DNA of 64,000 bases from Felis catus (taxonomy: Eukaryota): assembly GCF_018350175.1 (NCBI RefSeq), contig NC_058383.1, positions 7,132,001 through 7,196,000 of the forward strand, written 5' to 3'. Positions within the stretch are counted from its first letter, which is position 1, and each line of letters opens with the position of its first letter. Shown piece after piece: positions 14,032-25,746 of the stretch. Under the pieces are notes generated by a model. The model was not told the origin of the DNA. It ran no database searches and saw only the letters and a program-made list of their open reading frames with translations. A program made the position numbers and the translations under genes.

Positions 14032-14533
14032 CATTCACTGCTTCTTACGTTCTACTCGCCAGCAATGAGCATGAGCAGGACCAAGGAACCTCGAGAAGAG
14101 AAGACACAGCAGGCAGAAGACCCCGCAGAATAGAAAGAGGGCTTAGAAGTATGCAGTGGTGTTCCTCAGCATCCTACTTTAGCCACTATACGTATTCTCA
14201 AAAGCTCTGGGTTCAGGACGAGAATGGGGACAGGGAGAGACATTGCCAGCCAGCACACTCATGAGACTCAAGGAAGGTGCCTAAGTTCAGATTCTGTCCT
14301 TATCCTGAGCTCCCTGGGGAGAAACTGGCCTGGATAAGCCAGCTCCTTCAGATCTCTTGCCCAATAGTACTTTCTCTTACACCGAATTGGGTGAGCCATA
14401 TGCAAAAATACTGTCTTTGATATTTAGTCATGGGAGAAAACCCAAATAACGCAGAAGGAAATAACTCAGCCAGTGATATGTCAAAGCAACTTTGGGCTCT
14501 TTGAACAAATTAAAAGAACACATGACAAAGAAA

Positions 14534-15139
14534 AATTTCAGATCAATAAGGAAACCCAAAGTCCACAGAACAGGCCAGGGCTAAGGCAGACTGAAATGTG
14601 AGACCCCACGCCACCCAGGACAGGAGACATAGGCTGGGGGTCAGCCAGGAAAGGGAGCCTTGGAAGACCCAGTCCTGGCCAGCTGTGGGGGAAGGGGAGA
14701 GGGACACAGAGCCACTCAGACACCCAGAGAAACTTCCTGGAGGGGTTCAGGTTTCAGAGGAGGTGTGAAAGCCAAGACAGCTGGCCAAGAAGAGGTAAAA
14801 AGATTGTTCCTGACCAGTCAGGCATGAGACGGCTGAGTGGAGGGCCACAGGGACCTGACAAGGGACATGACTGAGAGTGGAGCTGGGCCATGGGCACCCC
14901 CAGGCTCACCAGGGAGGATAAAGGGCCCAGAGGACCAAATGTGTGTCCTTCCCTGAGCACCTCCCACCTGCCCAACAGAGAACCAGCAACAGATCCTCCT
15001 GCAGGCAGAACCAAGTTCAAGCGCACTTTAAAGATGCCCCACCCCGGGAGGGCCTCACTGCCACAGGCTGTCTCCTTCTTGGCAGTTCCTCAGTCCCTTA
15101 GTACTCCCTTGTCTCTTTGGCAGATTCCCCTGGGGACAG
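14534..15139 (+). repeat. Direct repeat copy 1 (upstream of AZGP1)
   Basis: Near-identical to 22885-23474; 14907-14997 is identical to 23260-23350 (91 bp). Confidence 0.97.
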
Positions 15140-15678
15140 AGAGATAGGGAGGGAGTCAGGGATGTGAATGTCCTCCAGACAGAACTCTGGGATGCTGGGT
15201 GTGAGAGAGAGTCATACCCTAGATGGGCTCTGCCAGGGGCCCAGGCTCTGGCCAGGTGCAGAGCTTTTCCAGAGGTGGTCTGACAACACCCAAGTCCCCT
15301 CCCCGCACCCACAGTGAGCCTAGGGTGGGTCATGATAGACTGCAGAGGCATTTGCTACCTGAAACCCCCGGCCATTGGCATTCTTTCACCTGGGGGGATA
15401 CACAGACTTTCAGCCTGCAGATCAGCCGTCTCAGCTCTCGATTTGCACACCGTCTCTGAGCTCACTGAGTGCAGCCTCTGCCCAGGGTGGCTTGTTCATC
15501 CTTCTCTCTCACTGTCAGGGGAGGAGCCTGTCCTGCACTCTCATTGGCCTGCAAAGTCGCCTTCCCCGGGCTGGGCTCAAAGCCCAACCATTCCCACAAC
15601 TACACCTGGCTTTATCTCCAAGTAGTCTGCTCCGAGCTCCAGGGCCCAAGGCAGTCCAGAACCTTCCAGTCAGGCACA

Positions 15679-15754
15679 ATGGGCACGATGGTGTCTGTCC
15701 TGCTGTCCCTGCTGCTCCTTCTGGGTCCTGCAGTCCCTCAGGAGACCCAAGCTG
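15679..15754 (+). CDS. AZGP1: AZGP1 exon 1 (signal peptide)
   Basis: ACAATGG start context, hydrophobic leader, donor G|GTGAGT at 15755. Confidence 0.95.
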
Positions 15755-18700
15755 GTGAGTGAGGAAGTAAGGGTGGCTCTGGAGAAGAACAGAGGGGAAG
15801 TAATAAATGGAACAGGTGGGCTGGAGAAGGGCCCCTCCTACAGCTGTGATCCACAAGTAGACTGTGTGAATGGGAGGCCAAGGCTGTCAGCTAACTCAGC
15901 TCAGAAACTTCTAGAAGCACTGAGGGAGCCTCTGGACCCATGCTAAATGAGGCCGTAAAGATCTGAAACCCCTTAGTTTACAAATGAACAAAACTAAGAC
16001 CAGAGAGGTGAAGTGACCTGGCCAGAGTCATACAGCCAGGACGGGGCAGGAGCCACACAGGTAGAACTTCTTGTTCTTTTCTTTCTTCCAAGGGCTGGAG
16101 GAATCTGTCTGACTCTCAGGGAAGAGAGAGCAACCCCAAGGGGCAGATATGAAGGCAGGTTAACTGGAGGGTTCTAGAAAGAAATCTGTCCCCTCCCCCC
16201 ACAGTGCCACTGTTAACCCTGAAGGCAAGTTACTGGGAGAGAGGCCAGCTGGAACCTTGAAAGAACCAAAGTCAACTCTAGAACAGGAAAATGAGGCTGT
16301 TTCTCAGCCAAAAATCTCAGGGGGAAGAAATATAAGCCAACGTGTGCATGTTTTAAGTTTGCTACATTTACAAACTATGAGAACATAGGTTTTGAGAATG
16401 TTAATCACACCCTACTCCAAAATTTGTATTAGCCAGGGTTCTCCAGAGAAACAGAACTAATAGGATGCATATCCAGACAGAGATTGATTTTAAGGAATTG
16501 GCTTGTACAATTGCAATCCACAGGCTAGTTCAGCAGGTAGAGACCCAGAGAAGAGTGGGTGTTGCCGTGCTTAGACCAAAGGAAGTCTGGAGGCAGAATT
16601 ACTTCTTCTTTGGGGGACCAGGCTTTTTTCTTGTGGCCTTCAACTGATTGGGTGAGGCCCACCCACATTATGAAGGGTAATATGCTTTACTTGAGGTCTA
16701 CTGAATTAATAATGTTGGTAGTCATGTGGCAGATTCCTAGTTCAAGTACTGAAATTATTCTTGCTAATTAGTTTCTAAATGTGATTAACATTTAACACCC
16801 CTGTGAGTTGTATCATGAATTAATTATGGCGATGTCCTCCTCTCCAAGTCCCTGCCTTATACCAAAACATAAGGCACAGCCCTGGGAATTCTGAGCTCTA
16901 GATCCATTCTAGGTCATTTCCTGAGTTTGCTGGTAAATTCTTCCTACACATTCGAACTATACGTATTAGATTAGGTTAGACTAGGTTGTGCTCCAGTAAC
17001 AAAGTTGTTAGTGGCTTAACCCAACACATTGTTTATTTCTTAGTCATGTAAAGTGAATACAGATAAGGCAACTTTCCTGTCTTCCGTGGGGTGACTCGGG
17101 AATCCAGGGATTCTGTTTTATCCTGAGGCCTCCACAGTCATCACCTAAATAAGAGACAGAGACAACAAACCAGCTAATAGGGCCTGAGACCAGAAGAAAG
17201 ACATCACTACAATTCACATCCCCTTTTGGCAGAACTCAGTCTCATGATCCCAATATACCTACAAGGGGGCTGAGAAGTATTGTGTTGTCTCGTGCCAAGA
17301 CAAGACAGTGTAGTGAAGCTACAGAATGGTCTCTGAAATACCATCCCTAGAATTGGGAGGGCCCTTTCACTCGAGCGAGCCTCCAGTGGGGTGAGGCTGT
17401 GGGCTGCAGAGGCCAAGGCACAGTGACCACATCCCCCTTCCTGGCCCTCTGCTGCCCCACGTTGGGCCTGCATGGACCCCACACTTCAAAGTCTCTTCCT
17501 CTTTTTCAGGGTCTTACCGTCTGAGCTTCCTCTACACCGGGGTGTCTAGGCCCACTGACAGCCTCCCTAGCTTCCAGGCCACTGCCTACCTCAATGACCA
17601 GGTCTTCTTTCACTATGACAGTAAAAGCAGGAAGGCCATACCCCTGGACCCATGGAGCCAGATGGAAGGAATAGAGGACTGGGAGAAGGAGAGTGAACTT
17701 CAGCAGGCCAGGGAGAGCATCTTCATGGAGACTCTGCAGGACATCATGGACTATTACAAGGACAGAGAAGGTCAGTGGACCAAGGAGGGTGGGGTGGAGG
17801 GTCTTAGCCCTGCAGGTGTGAGTGGAAAGGGATCAGCAGGATGGAACTAATCCCCATCCCTAACAAGGAACAGAAAGCAGAGTAGAAATATGTGGACATT
17901 CTGCGTCTCCCCACCCCCACCCCACAACGCAGCTGCTCTCCACCTGCCCTGTCATGTCCCCATCCTCACTCCCAGACCTCAGCTCTCACAGGAAGTGATG
18001 TCAGAGTCAACTCTCACCCAGGCACATGTGACCTCTCAGCTCCACACCCCAATCCGTCTGGGGCTGCTGGCTGGCACTTTAGAAGGCATCAGACTCCCCT
18101 GCCCAGGGATGTCGAGCAGAGAGTGAGCTCACCCTGGGGTCGGTCAGACGTGGGTTCACATCGCAGCCCAGCCAGTCACTAGCCATTTCACAGTGAACGC
18201 ATCTTAATGCCTGGTCTGAATCGGCAAAACTGGAATCTCCGAGAGATTCCATCAAACTTACCTATGTGAATTCCACAAAGGCTAGAACTTCATCTGTCTT
18301 GATCACCCCTCTAGTCCCATCCCCTAGGACAGCCAGTAACACCTGCTCAAATGAAATGTGTTGCATGATTGAGAGAAAGTGCCTGGGACCAAGCATGGCC
18401 CATACCGGGAGCTAGTGGGGACTGAATTCAAAGCCACATGCTGTTAGAGGTACAGGGAATCCTAAAGGCCCTCCTCTCCATGAGGGCCCATCTGGACTTG
18501 TGGTAGGAGGCATTTGAGGAGCCAGGACAGTGCAGGGCACCAGGACTGGCTCCCATGTGTCCAGCCCAGCACGCAGTCCTGCACACTGCCCGCTCCCCAA
18601 GTCAGCCAGTCACAGGCTGGCAAACTGTTGATGCTAAGTCATCGTAGGGCGGGCGTCGAAAGATGGGTTTCTGAGTACAAAAATGCCTAAGAAGCTACAC

Positions 18701-19868
18701 GGAACCTGAAAGTTTCCTAAAGGAGGCCAGAGTTTTGCAGAAATCTGAAGGATAAGGAATGGGAAGCCCGGGGAAGGAAAACAGCCCAGTGAGTGTGTCA
18801 GAAGTAGGACAGGGTGATTGATGCACAGTGCCCAGAGACACCAGCTGGAATAAAAATGTTGACACGAGTAATTATGAGGAAAGAGGGTAAAGAGATGAAC
18901 ACAGGGTGGCAGAAAAAGAATGGGAGCGAACACTTGTTGAGCACTTGCTAGGCACCAGGCCCGGGTGTTAACACTTGTCATGCTCGCGCTCACCCTCTGA
19001 AGTAGTACTGTCACCATCGCCGTCTCCAAGATGAGAAGACAGAGGCCCAGAGAGGTTAAAGGCCCAAGTTGGTGCACAAGCCAGCTGGGGGTGGGGAGGG
19101 AGCTGCCACTTGAGGCCAGGGAGCTTGAGAGGAGAACCTGTGCCCTCGGCGCTAATCAGTATTGGGTAAACACCTCCCTTTATCACCAAAATGAAGACAT
19201 GTGTCCCCTTCCCTAAGGAGGCTGATTTCCAAGGCTTGTGGCTCACTGGGAAGAGAGGGGGCCTCCGAGATTTGTAATGTAGATATCAAACTCTGGAGAA
19301 GAGGGAAGCAGAGATCACATCACGTTTACTCCAGTGGTGACATCAGCTCCACTTAGAAATGAGAGGGGGAAATGGGGGACATTTCATAATCTGCATAAAA
19401 CTCTAAATATGAAATTCTATTTCACTCAGAGACAGCACTTCAGTGTGGTTGTGTCAGGTTTCTAAGAGCTTACGATGGGGCACCTGGGTGGCTCAGTGGG
19501 TTAAGCGTCCAACTTCAACTCAGGTCATGATCTCGCGGGTCATGAGTCAGAGCCCTGTGTCAGGCTCTGTGCTGACAGCTGGGAGCCTGGAGCCTGCTTT
19601 GGATTCTGTGTCTCCCTCTCTCTCTCTCTGCCCCCTCCCCACTCCAACTCTGTCTCTCTCTCTGTCTCTCTCTCTGTCTCTCTCTCTCAAAAATAAGTAA
19701 AACATAGGAGCACCTGGGTGGCTCAGTCGGTTAAGTGTCTGACTTCAGCTTAGATCACGATCTCGTGGTTCATGAGTTTGAGCCTCACATCTGGCTTTGC
19801 GCTGACAGCTCAGTGCCTGGAGCCTGCTTCAGATTTTGTGTCTCCCTCTCTCTCTGCCCCTCCCCCAC

Positions 19869-19900
<32 letters not shown>

Positions 19901-21454
19901 AAATAAACATTTTAAAAAATTAAATAAATAAATAAAACATTAAAAAATGTTTAATAAAACAATTTATAAAATATAAAAAGAGCTCCCAGTGCATTCACAG
20001 TTCACTAAATGAGATGATGCACAGGGACTAGACATCCTGTGCCTAGTCTCTAGCTCCCTGATACTCCCCGGCTGGGAAGAATGTTTCTCTGCTCAGACGG
20101 ACCTAAAACCCAAAGCAAAGCAACTTTCCCTGTCTCTGTCTGCTGTATGTCTGGCTCATAACCCATTTGTCAAGATAAAGGGACCGTGTGCTTAGGTTTC
20201 CAAAACCACTCTTCCTGCTGTTTTTGCAAACTGTGTAGGAATAGCAGTTGTTAAGACGGAGTTGATCCCAGGCTGACTGACTTCCTGGGGGCCCGGGGAG
20301 GGTACAGGGTCTCACACCTTTCAGGGAAGGTTTGGCTGTGAGCTCCTGAATAACAAAAGCAGTGGAGCGTTCTGGAAGTATGCCTACGATGGACAGAACT
20401 TCATCGAGTTCAACAGAGAAATCCCAGGCTGGGTCCCCCAGGACCCAGCAGCTCTGAACACCAAGCGGAAGTGGGAGGCAGAAGAGGTCTACGTGCAGCG
20501 GGCCAAGGCCTATCTGGAAGAGGAGTGCCCGGCGATGCTGCGGAGGTACCTGCAATATGGCAAGGCCTTCCTGGACCGACAAGGTACCCCCCACTTCCTG
20601 TGCCCTGCTCCTCCCGAGCTGAGCTGAGAAGGACCAAGGTGATCTCAGGCTGGGAACCCAGGGAATATCTCATGGTGGTGTCTCTATGCTGATGCCTCCT
20701 GGCTTGGCACTGGATGGAGGCAGGCATGTAAAATGCCTGCCTGCGACAGGACTGGTCGGCACAAGCTAACACGTTGGTTTGGGAGGCGATGAGAACGAGG
20801 GTCCTACAGGATACAGCAGGGAAGGATCTGATGGACAGAGCTGCAGGCAGAACTGAGGCCTAGAGCTGAGCCTGGGAGAGGAGAGAGCCCCAAAGCCCAC
20901 TCAGAAGTTTGGGAAAAAATAAAAACTGTATGGAGGCGTTCACAATTTCTTGCCATCAGATGTCAGTACATGGTGGAGGGACAGGGGAGCAAGAGGGCGG
21001 CCACAGTCATTCCACGATCCAACATGGAAACCCTCAGCCTTCCCTGATCTTTGTAAAGCTTCCCTGGGGAGGCAGACACAAAACTTGGAGTTCTGCTCAT
21101 CACTAACACCCAGAGAGTGGAGGGAAGGGACACGAGCAGGGAGTCATCTAGGGCACACCCTCCATGTCCATGCTCTGTCCCCTTGCAGATCCCCCATCTA
21201 TGTCCATCACCAGGACCCCAGGAGAAGATACAATCAAGTGCTGGGCCAGTGACTTCTACCCACAAGATATTGATCTGCACTGGATTCAGGGGGGCAATAC
21301 AGTAGAGACTGAGGTGAGGGGAGACCTTCTCCCCAGTGGAAACGGCACTTACCTGTCCTGGGTGTCGTTGACAGTTTCCCCTTGGAGAACTAAGAACACA
21401 GTCTTCTGTCGCATAGTGCACAGCAGCCTGGACCAGCCCCTCACTGGGCTGTAG
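15679..21454 (+). CDS. AZGP1: Zinc-alpha-2-glycoprotein (secreted MHC class I-like protein); join(15679..15754,17510..17770,20308..20583,21189..21454), 292 aa
   Basis: Four exons of 76, 261, 276 and 266 nt with GT-AG phase-1 introns join into one open frame: signal peptide [26 protein letters not shown], alpha1, alpha2 ([35 protein letters not shown]), Ig-C1 alpha3 ([22 protein letters not shown]). There is no transmembrane exon, as expected for ZAG. Confidence 0.97.
16426..16710 (-). mobile_element. MLT2 (ERVL) LTR in AZGP1 intron 1
   Basis: TGTATTAG..GGGTTCTCCAGAGAAACAGAAC..AGGAATTGGCT..CAACTGATTGG..GAGGCCCACCCACATTATG. Confidence 0.8.
17510..17770 (+). CDS. AZGP1: AZGP1 exon 2 (alpha1 domain)
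   Basis: Acceptor CTTTTTCAG|, frame [43 protein letters not shown], donor G|GTCAGT. Confidence 0.96.
19477..19945 (+). mobile_element. Two tandem CAN-SINEs in AZGP1 intron 2
   Basis: Two tRNA-like heads, (CT)n tracts and A-rich tails. Confidence 0.9.
20308..20583 (+). CDS. AZGP1: AZGP1 exon 3 (alpha2 domain)
   Basis: Acceptor TACAG|, frame [45 protein letters not shown], donor G|GTACCC; both alpha2 cysteines present. Confidence 0.96.
21189..21454 (+). CDS. AZGP1: AZGP1 exon 4 (alpha3 Ig-C1 domain), stop TAG 21452-21454
   Basis: Acceptor CCTTGCAG|, frame [55 protein letters not shown]. Confidence 0.93.
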
Positions 21455-22157
21455 GACAAGAGGCAGGGAACCAGGGCTGACAGCCGCAAGGGGACTCAGG
21501 TGCAGCAGTCACCCTTCCTGCGGAACGCCAGAAGATGAGCTCTAGAAATCACCGTCAGCATCACCAGTGGGGCCCAGGGAACGGTGCGAGAAGTCAGGGG
21601 ACAGAAGATTTGAATGCCGGCCACTGAGCTGACTCACTGCTCTCTTGCAAAACCCCATTATCTAATCTATAGAATCAAATCAACAGTAATCACCTTGCCT
21701 AGCACACAGTGTAGGAAGAGATTTTTCAACTGCAATGGAGTAAAAATAATGAGTACATGTTACCATTCGTCCTGTGCTCCTAAGCCTCTGATTCATCTGA
21801 AATTCTCGGCATCGACTCAAAGCAGCGTTTCTGGGCATCATGACCTGGGGTGTCAACTGTAGCGTGGCATGGACCACCTGGTCCGTTGGGCCTTGTTTAG
21901 GAGCCCACTGTGGATGTCCCATCTGTTGTGAGGTTGGAGAACCTCTTTAATACAAACCCAAGCCTCCTCTGTGCCTCAGTTGCCCCAGACCTCCCTCCTC
22001 CCTGTGAAACACTGCCCTCCATTCCAGTGCTCCATCATTCCCACACCATTCTGCCTTGGAGCCACACACCATAGCTCATTCGAGAAGCTTCCTCTCTCCG
22101 GGACATACTCCCAGGAAAGCAGGAATCTGATGTTCACTTGTATGCGCACGCGCGCGG

Positions 22158-22197
<40 letters not shown>

Positions 22198-22383
22198 AAC
22201 CAAGTTACCCACCACCATCCACAGGTTTAAACCCCAAAAGACAGAGCAGAGCTCACACTTGACCTTTTCATTAAGCTAATCTCTATGACGAGACCTTCCT
22301 TTCCTTCCCAGCCTCAGCCTCTACACTGGATTTCTCCAAGTGAAGTGAGCTGAACTGAGCTCATTAAGCATTCAGAATTCTAA

Positions 22384-22596
22384 AATTTTTTTTTCAACGT
22401 TTATTTATTTTTGGGACAGAGAGAGACAGAGCATGAACGGGGGAGGGGCAGAGAGAGAGGAAACACAGAATCGGAAACAGGCTCCAGGCTCTGAGCCATC
22501 AGCCCAGAGCCCGACGCGGGGCTCGAACTCACGGACCGCGAGATCGTGACCTGGCTGAAGTCGGACGCTTAACCGACTGCGCCACCCAGGTGCCCC
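22384..22596 (-). mobile_element. Young cat-type CAN-SINE
   Basis: Perfect TSD AAGCATTCAGAATTCTAA. Confidence 0.95.
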
Positions 22597-22884
22597 AAGC
22601 ATTCAGAATTCTAAGCTGACTCTTTTATTTTTCTGGAAACTCTAAATTTTAAGATTATACTTTTTATTTTTGATACTTTGACCAAGTTTGGAAATCAAAG
22701 CTGAGAAATAGCTTCTTCAGTCTATGTGAAATCCATATTCCTCTCCTCCGAGACAAAAACACAAACAAATAAACAGTATAGGGCTACAGGTGGGGATATC
22801 CCAACAGTCAAGAGGGAAAAATATAGCCATTGACATTTCAAACCACATGACACTGAACAAATAAAGAAAACCACGTGATGGGAG

Positions 22885-23474
22885 AATTTCAGATCAATAA
22901 GGAAACCCAAAGTCCACAGGAACAGGCCAGGGCTAAGGTAGACTGAAATGTGAGACCCCACCCCACCTAGGACACGGGACATGGCTTGGGAGTGGGTCAG
23001 GAAAGGGAACCTCAGAAGACCCCAGTCCTGTCCAGCTGTGGGGGAAGGGGAGAGGGACACAGAGCCACTCAGACACCCAGAGAAACTTCCTGGAGGGATT
23101 CAGATTTCAGAGGAGGTGTGAAGGCCAAGACAGCTGGCCAAGAAGACGTAAAAAGATTGTTCCTGACCAGTCGGGCATGAGATGGTTGAGTGGAGGGCCA
23201 CAGGGACCTGACAAGGGATGTGACTGAGAGTGGGGCTAGGCCGTGGGCATGCCCAGGCCCACCAGGGAGGATAAAGGGCCCAGAGGACCAAATGTGTGTC
23301 CTTCCCTGAGCACCTCCCACCTGCCCAACAGAGAACCAGCAACAGATCCTAAGTTCAAGGGCACTTTAAAGATGCCCCACCCCAGGAGGGCCTCACTGCC
23401 ACAAACTATCTCCTTGGCAGTTCCTCAGTCCCTTAGTACTACCTCGTCTCTCTGGAAGATTCCTCTGGGAACAG
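22885..23474 (+). repeat. Direct repeat copy 2 (downstream of AZGP1)
   Basis: Near-identical to 14534-15139; lacks the 15 bp CCTGCAGGCAGAACC present in copy 1. Confidence 0.97.
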
Positions 23475-25130
23475 TTCACCAGCTAGACTGCAGGAATGAG
23501 CAGGAGATGCCAAAGGGCTACAAGACTTAACCCTAGTCTCTGTTAAGGTCTTCTTCAGTTTGGCTGAACGCTGCCTTTTCAGCCTAGCATGCTACTAGGT
23601 CTTGCTGTGCCAGCCAAGTAGACCTGATTGTCAGATATGTTTAGTGTTTTCTCCTGTTTCTTTTGTTTATTTATTGGTGCATTCACTCAAGTATTCTATA
23701 CTGAGTATCGATTTTCTGCTTGGTACTCTAATAAGCATTGGAGACCAAGCAGGACAAGTAGGTACCACCCTTTCCTGCCTGGAGCTTGCCCCAATTCTGT
23801 TTATTGAAACAATACCCTCCATCAAGGTTCAACCCAAAGCTTACCTCCTCCCGTGACCGCTACCATGATCACTAATTCCAACACATACTCCTTCTATGCT
23901 ATCTCTCAGATAGAAAAATCAGGGAAGATTTCCAGAAAGCCACTGAGGGAAGCTAATTTCCACACTATCTAAGCATCCCACACCACCCCATCACTTCATC
24001 TCTTTTTTGTCCCTTTCCAAGTGAAAGGAAAGGAATCAAAGATGGGAATAACCGGGGGGAAGAGCATTTGGGGCAGAGGGCACAGCAAAGGCCAAGTCCC
24101 CAGGGCAGGAACAATCATGGTGCTTGAAAGGCAGAATAAAGACCAGTGGACTCCAGCATCATGAACAAGAGCAGAGTCATAAGAGAAGATGTTGAAAAGG
24201 CAGATAGCAGCCAGATTGTATAAGAGCTTTGTCAGCCTTGGGAAGGAGTTTCTACTGCAAATGGCACTGCCTGGTAGGTTTTAACAAAGATGGTGGTATG
24301 ATTTGATTTAGGTTTTTAAAATATCCCTTTGGGGTGCCTGGGTGGCTCAGTGGGTTGAACCTCGGACCCTTGATTTCAACTCAGGTCATGATCTCGCAAT
24401 TCATGGGTTGGAGCCCAACGTCTGGCTCCACGCTGACGGTGCGGAGCCTGCTTGGAATTCTCTTTCCCTACCCCCCTCTCAAAATAAATAAATAAACTTT
24501 AAAAATAAAATATTCCTTTGGCTGTTATGTGAAGAACAGACCACGGCGACGGAAGAGTGGAAACAGGGAGACTAGATACAAGGCCGGGGGAAGGACTTGG
24601 ATCACAGTCGTAGTAGCTGTCAAGATAGGCAGCCAGAGTCAGGATATATTCTGGGGATCAAGCCTACGGGGACTTGCGGATGGACCCGATGAGCACTGAA
24701 TTTGCTGAGAGGTTGGCTATGAGCTGTGGGGTAGAGTCTGATCTGAGTCACTTCTGGCAGCACGCTCCTCCCTAGGCTGTCATGTCCCACACAGGCCTCC
24801 TGCCTCAGTCCCCTTGATTGCTCACTCCACCTGATCCCTGCTGCTGGAGCATCTGGAAGCTTCCTGCTTCTCATCCAAGGAAGAATTTTCAAGATGATCC
24901 ACCTCCAATAGTATTGCCTGCACTCCCAGGGTAGCTGCTCCCAAGACCAGCCTCCAAACCGATCCGTGCTGTTCCTTTCTGCGTCTTTCCTCGCTCTTAC
25001 AGCTCAGACCTCATTCGTCTCTCCCTCTAGCCCCCTTACACGGCCCCACCCTGCCTGCGTACCCTGGGTGAAGAGCCTCCTCCCAGACCTTCCTCTCAAG
25101 CTCTCCAGACGCATCTTCAGCGTTGCTCGC

Positions 25131-25165
25131 GCGCCCCCTCGTGGCCTAAAGGCAAAGGTGCAGGC
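25131..25165 (-). promoter_or_regulatory. CTCF-type motif with upstream (U) motif
   Basis: Minus strand TGCACCTTTGCCTTTAGGCCACGAGGGGGCGC; core matches CCACNAGGGGGCGC; local CpG retention. Confidence 0.7.
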
Positions 25166-25714
25166 TGGCCGCGCGCACCTGGGCCGGGTCTCCTCCTGCC
25201 TAAGTACCAGGAAATGCGTTAGCTCCCTTGGAACCTAGGAAGCCAAGGTGGCTGGATGTAGATCCCCGACAGCAGGAGAGCTCCAGGAAGTGGAAATGCT
25301 TTCTACCTGAGAGGTGAATAATTGCTATCGACCATTCCTGAACGAAGAGCTGGCAGAGAGAAGAAGGAACCCCGGGTGGCCCAAACTGAAAAGACCCGAC
25401 TGAATGCTTCTCCTAAGCCCCGCTGGACCTGCTTCTCCCCCGTGGCTGCCCCAGAATTTCTTCATTGCTGACCCGATACGCCTAGCTCTCACCTGCTCTG
25501 GCTCAAGGGCTTGCATTTGGCTTTGAACTGCAACTCCCAGTGCCTACTTTAGGCAAAAACTCAGAATAAACTAGCGACAGAAGGAGGCTTCCTGCACAAA
25601 TGTGTCATTTAGGAATGCCCCTCAGCTGCAAGGAATATCGTATTTGACTGCAGATGGCTCAAACGAGGGATTTTTCTCAGGGCACAACAGCCCCCCTCCT
25701 CTATGGGTTTGGGG

Positions 25715-25746
25715 TCGCCCCCTACTGGTCACAATAATAACTGCAG
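25715..25746 (-). promoter_or_regulatory. CTCF-type motif with upstream (U) motif
   Basis: Minus strand CTGCAGTTATTATTGTGACCAGTAGGGGGCGA. Confidence 0.7.

Larger units (their letters stand above)
9100..14090 (+). pseudogene. Degraded unprocessed tandem paralogue of AZGP1 (part of intron 1, exon 2, intron 2, exon 3, start of intron 3)
   Basis: Collinear similarity to about 16060-20650, including introns (10100-10390 vs 17860-18195; 11060-11480 vs 18680-19130). Exons 1 and 4 are not recognisable. Boundaries approximate. Confidence 0.9.

Noticed and set aside
14534..23474. Direct repeats read as the paired LTRs of a provirus
   Set aside because: No TG..CA ends, TSD, primer-binding site or gag/pol sequence; the enclosed DNA is an intron-containing host gene.
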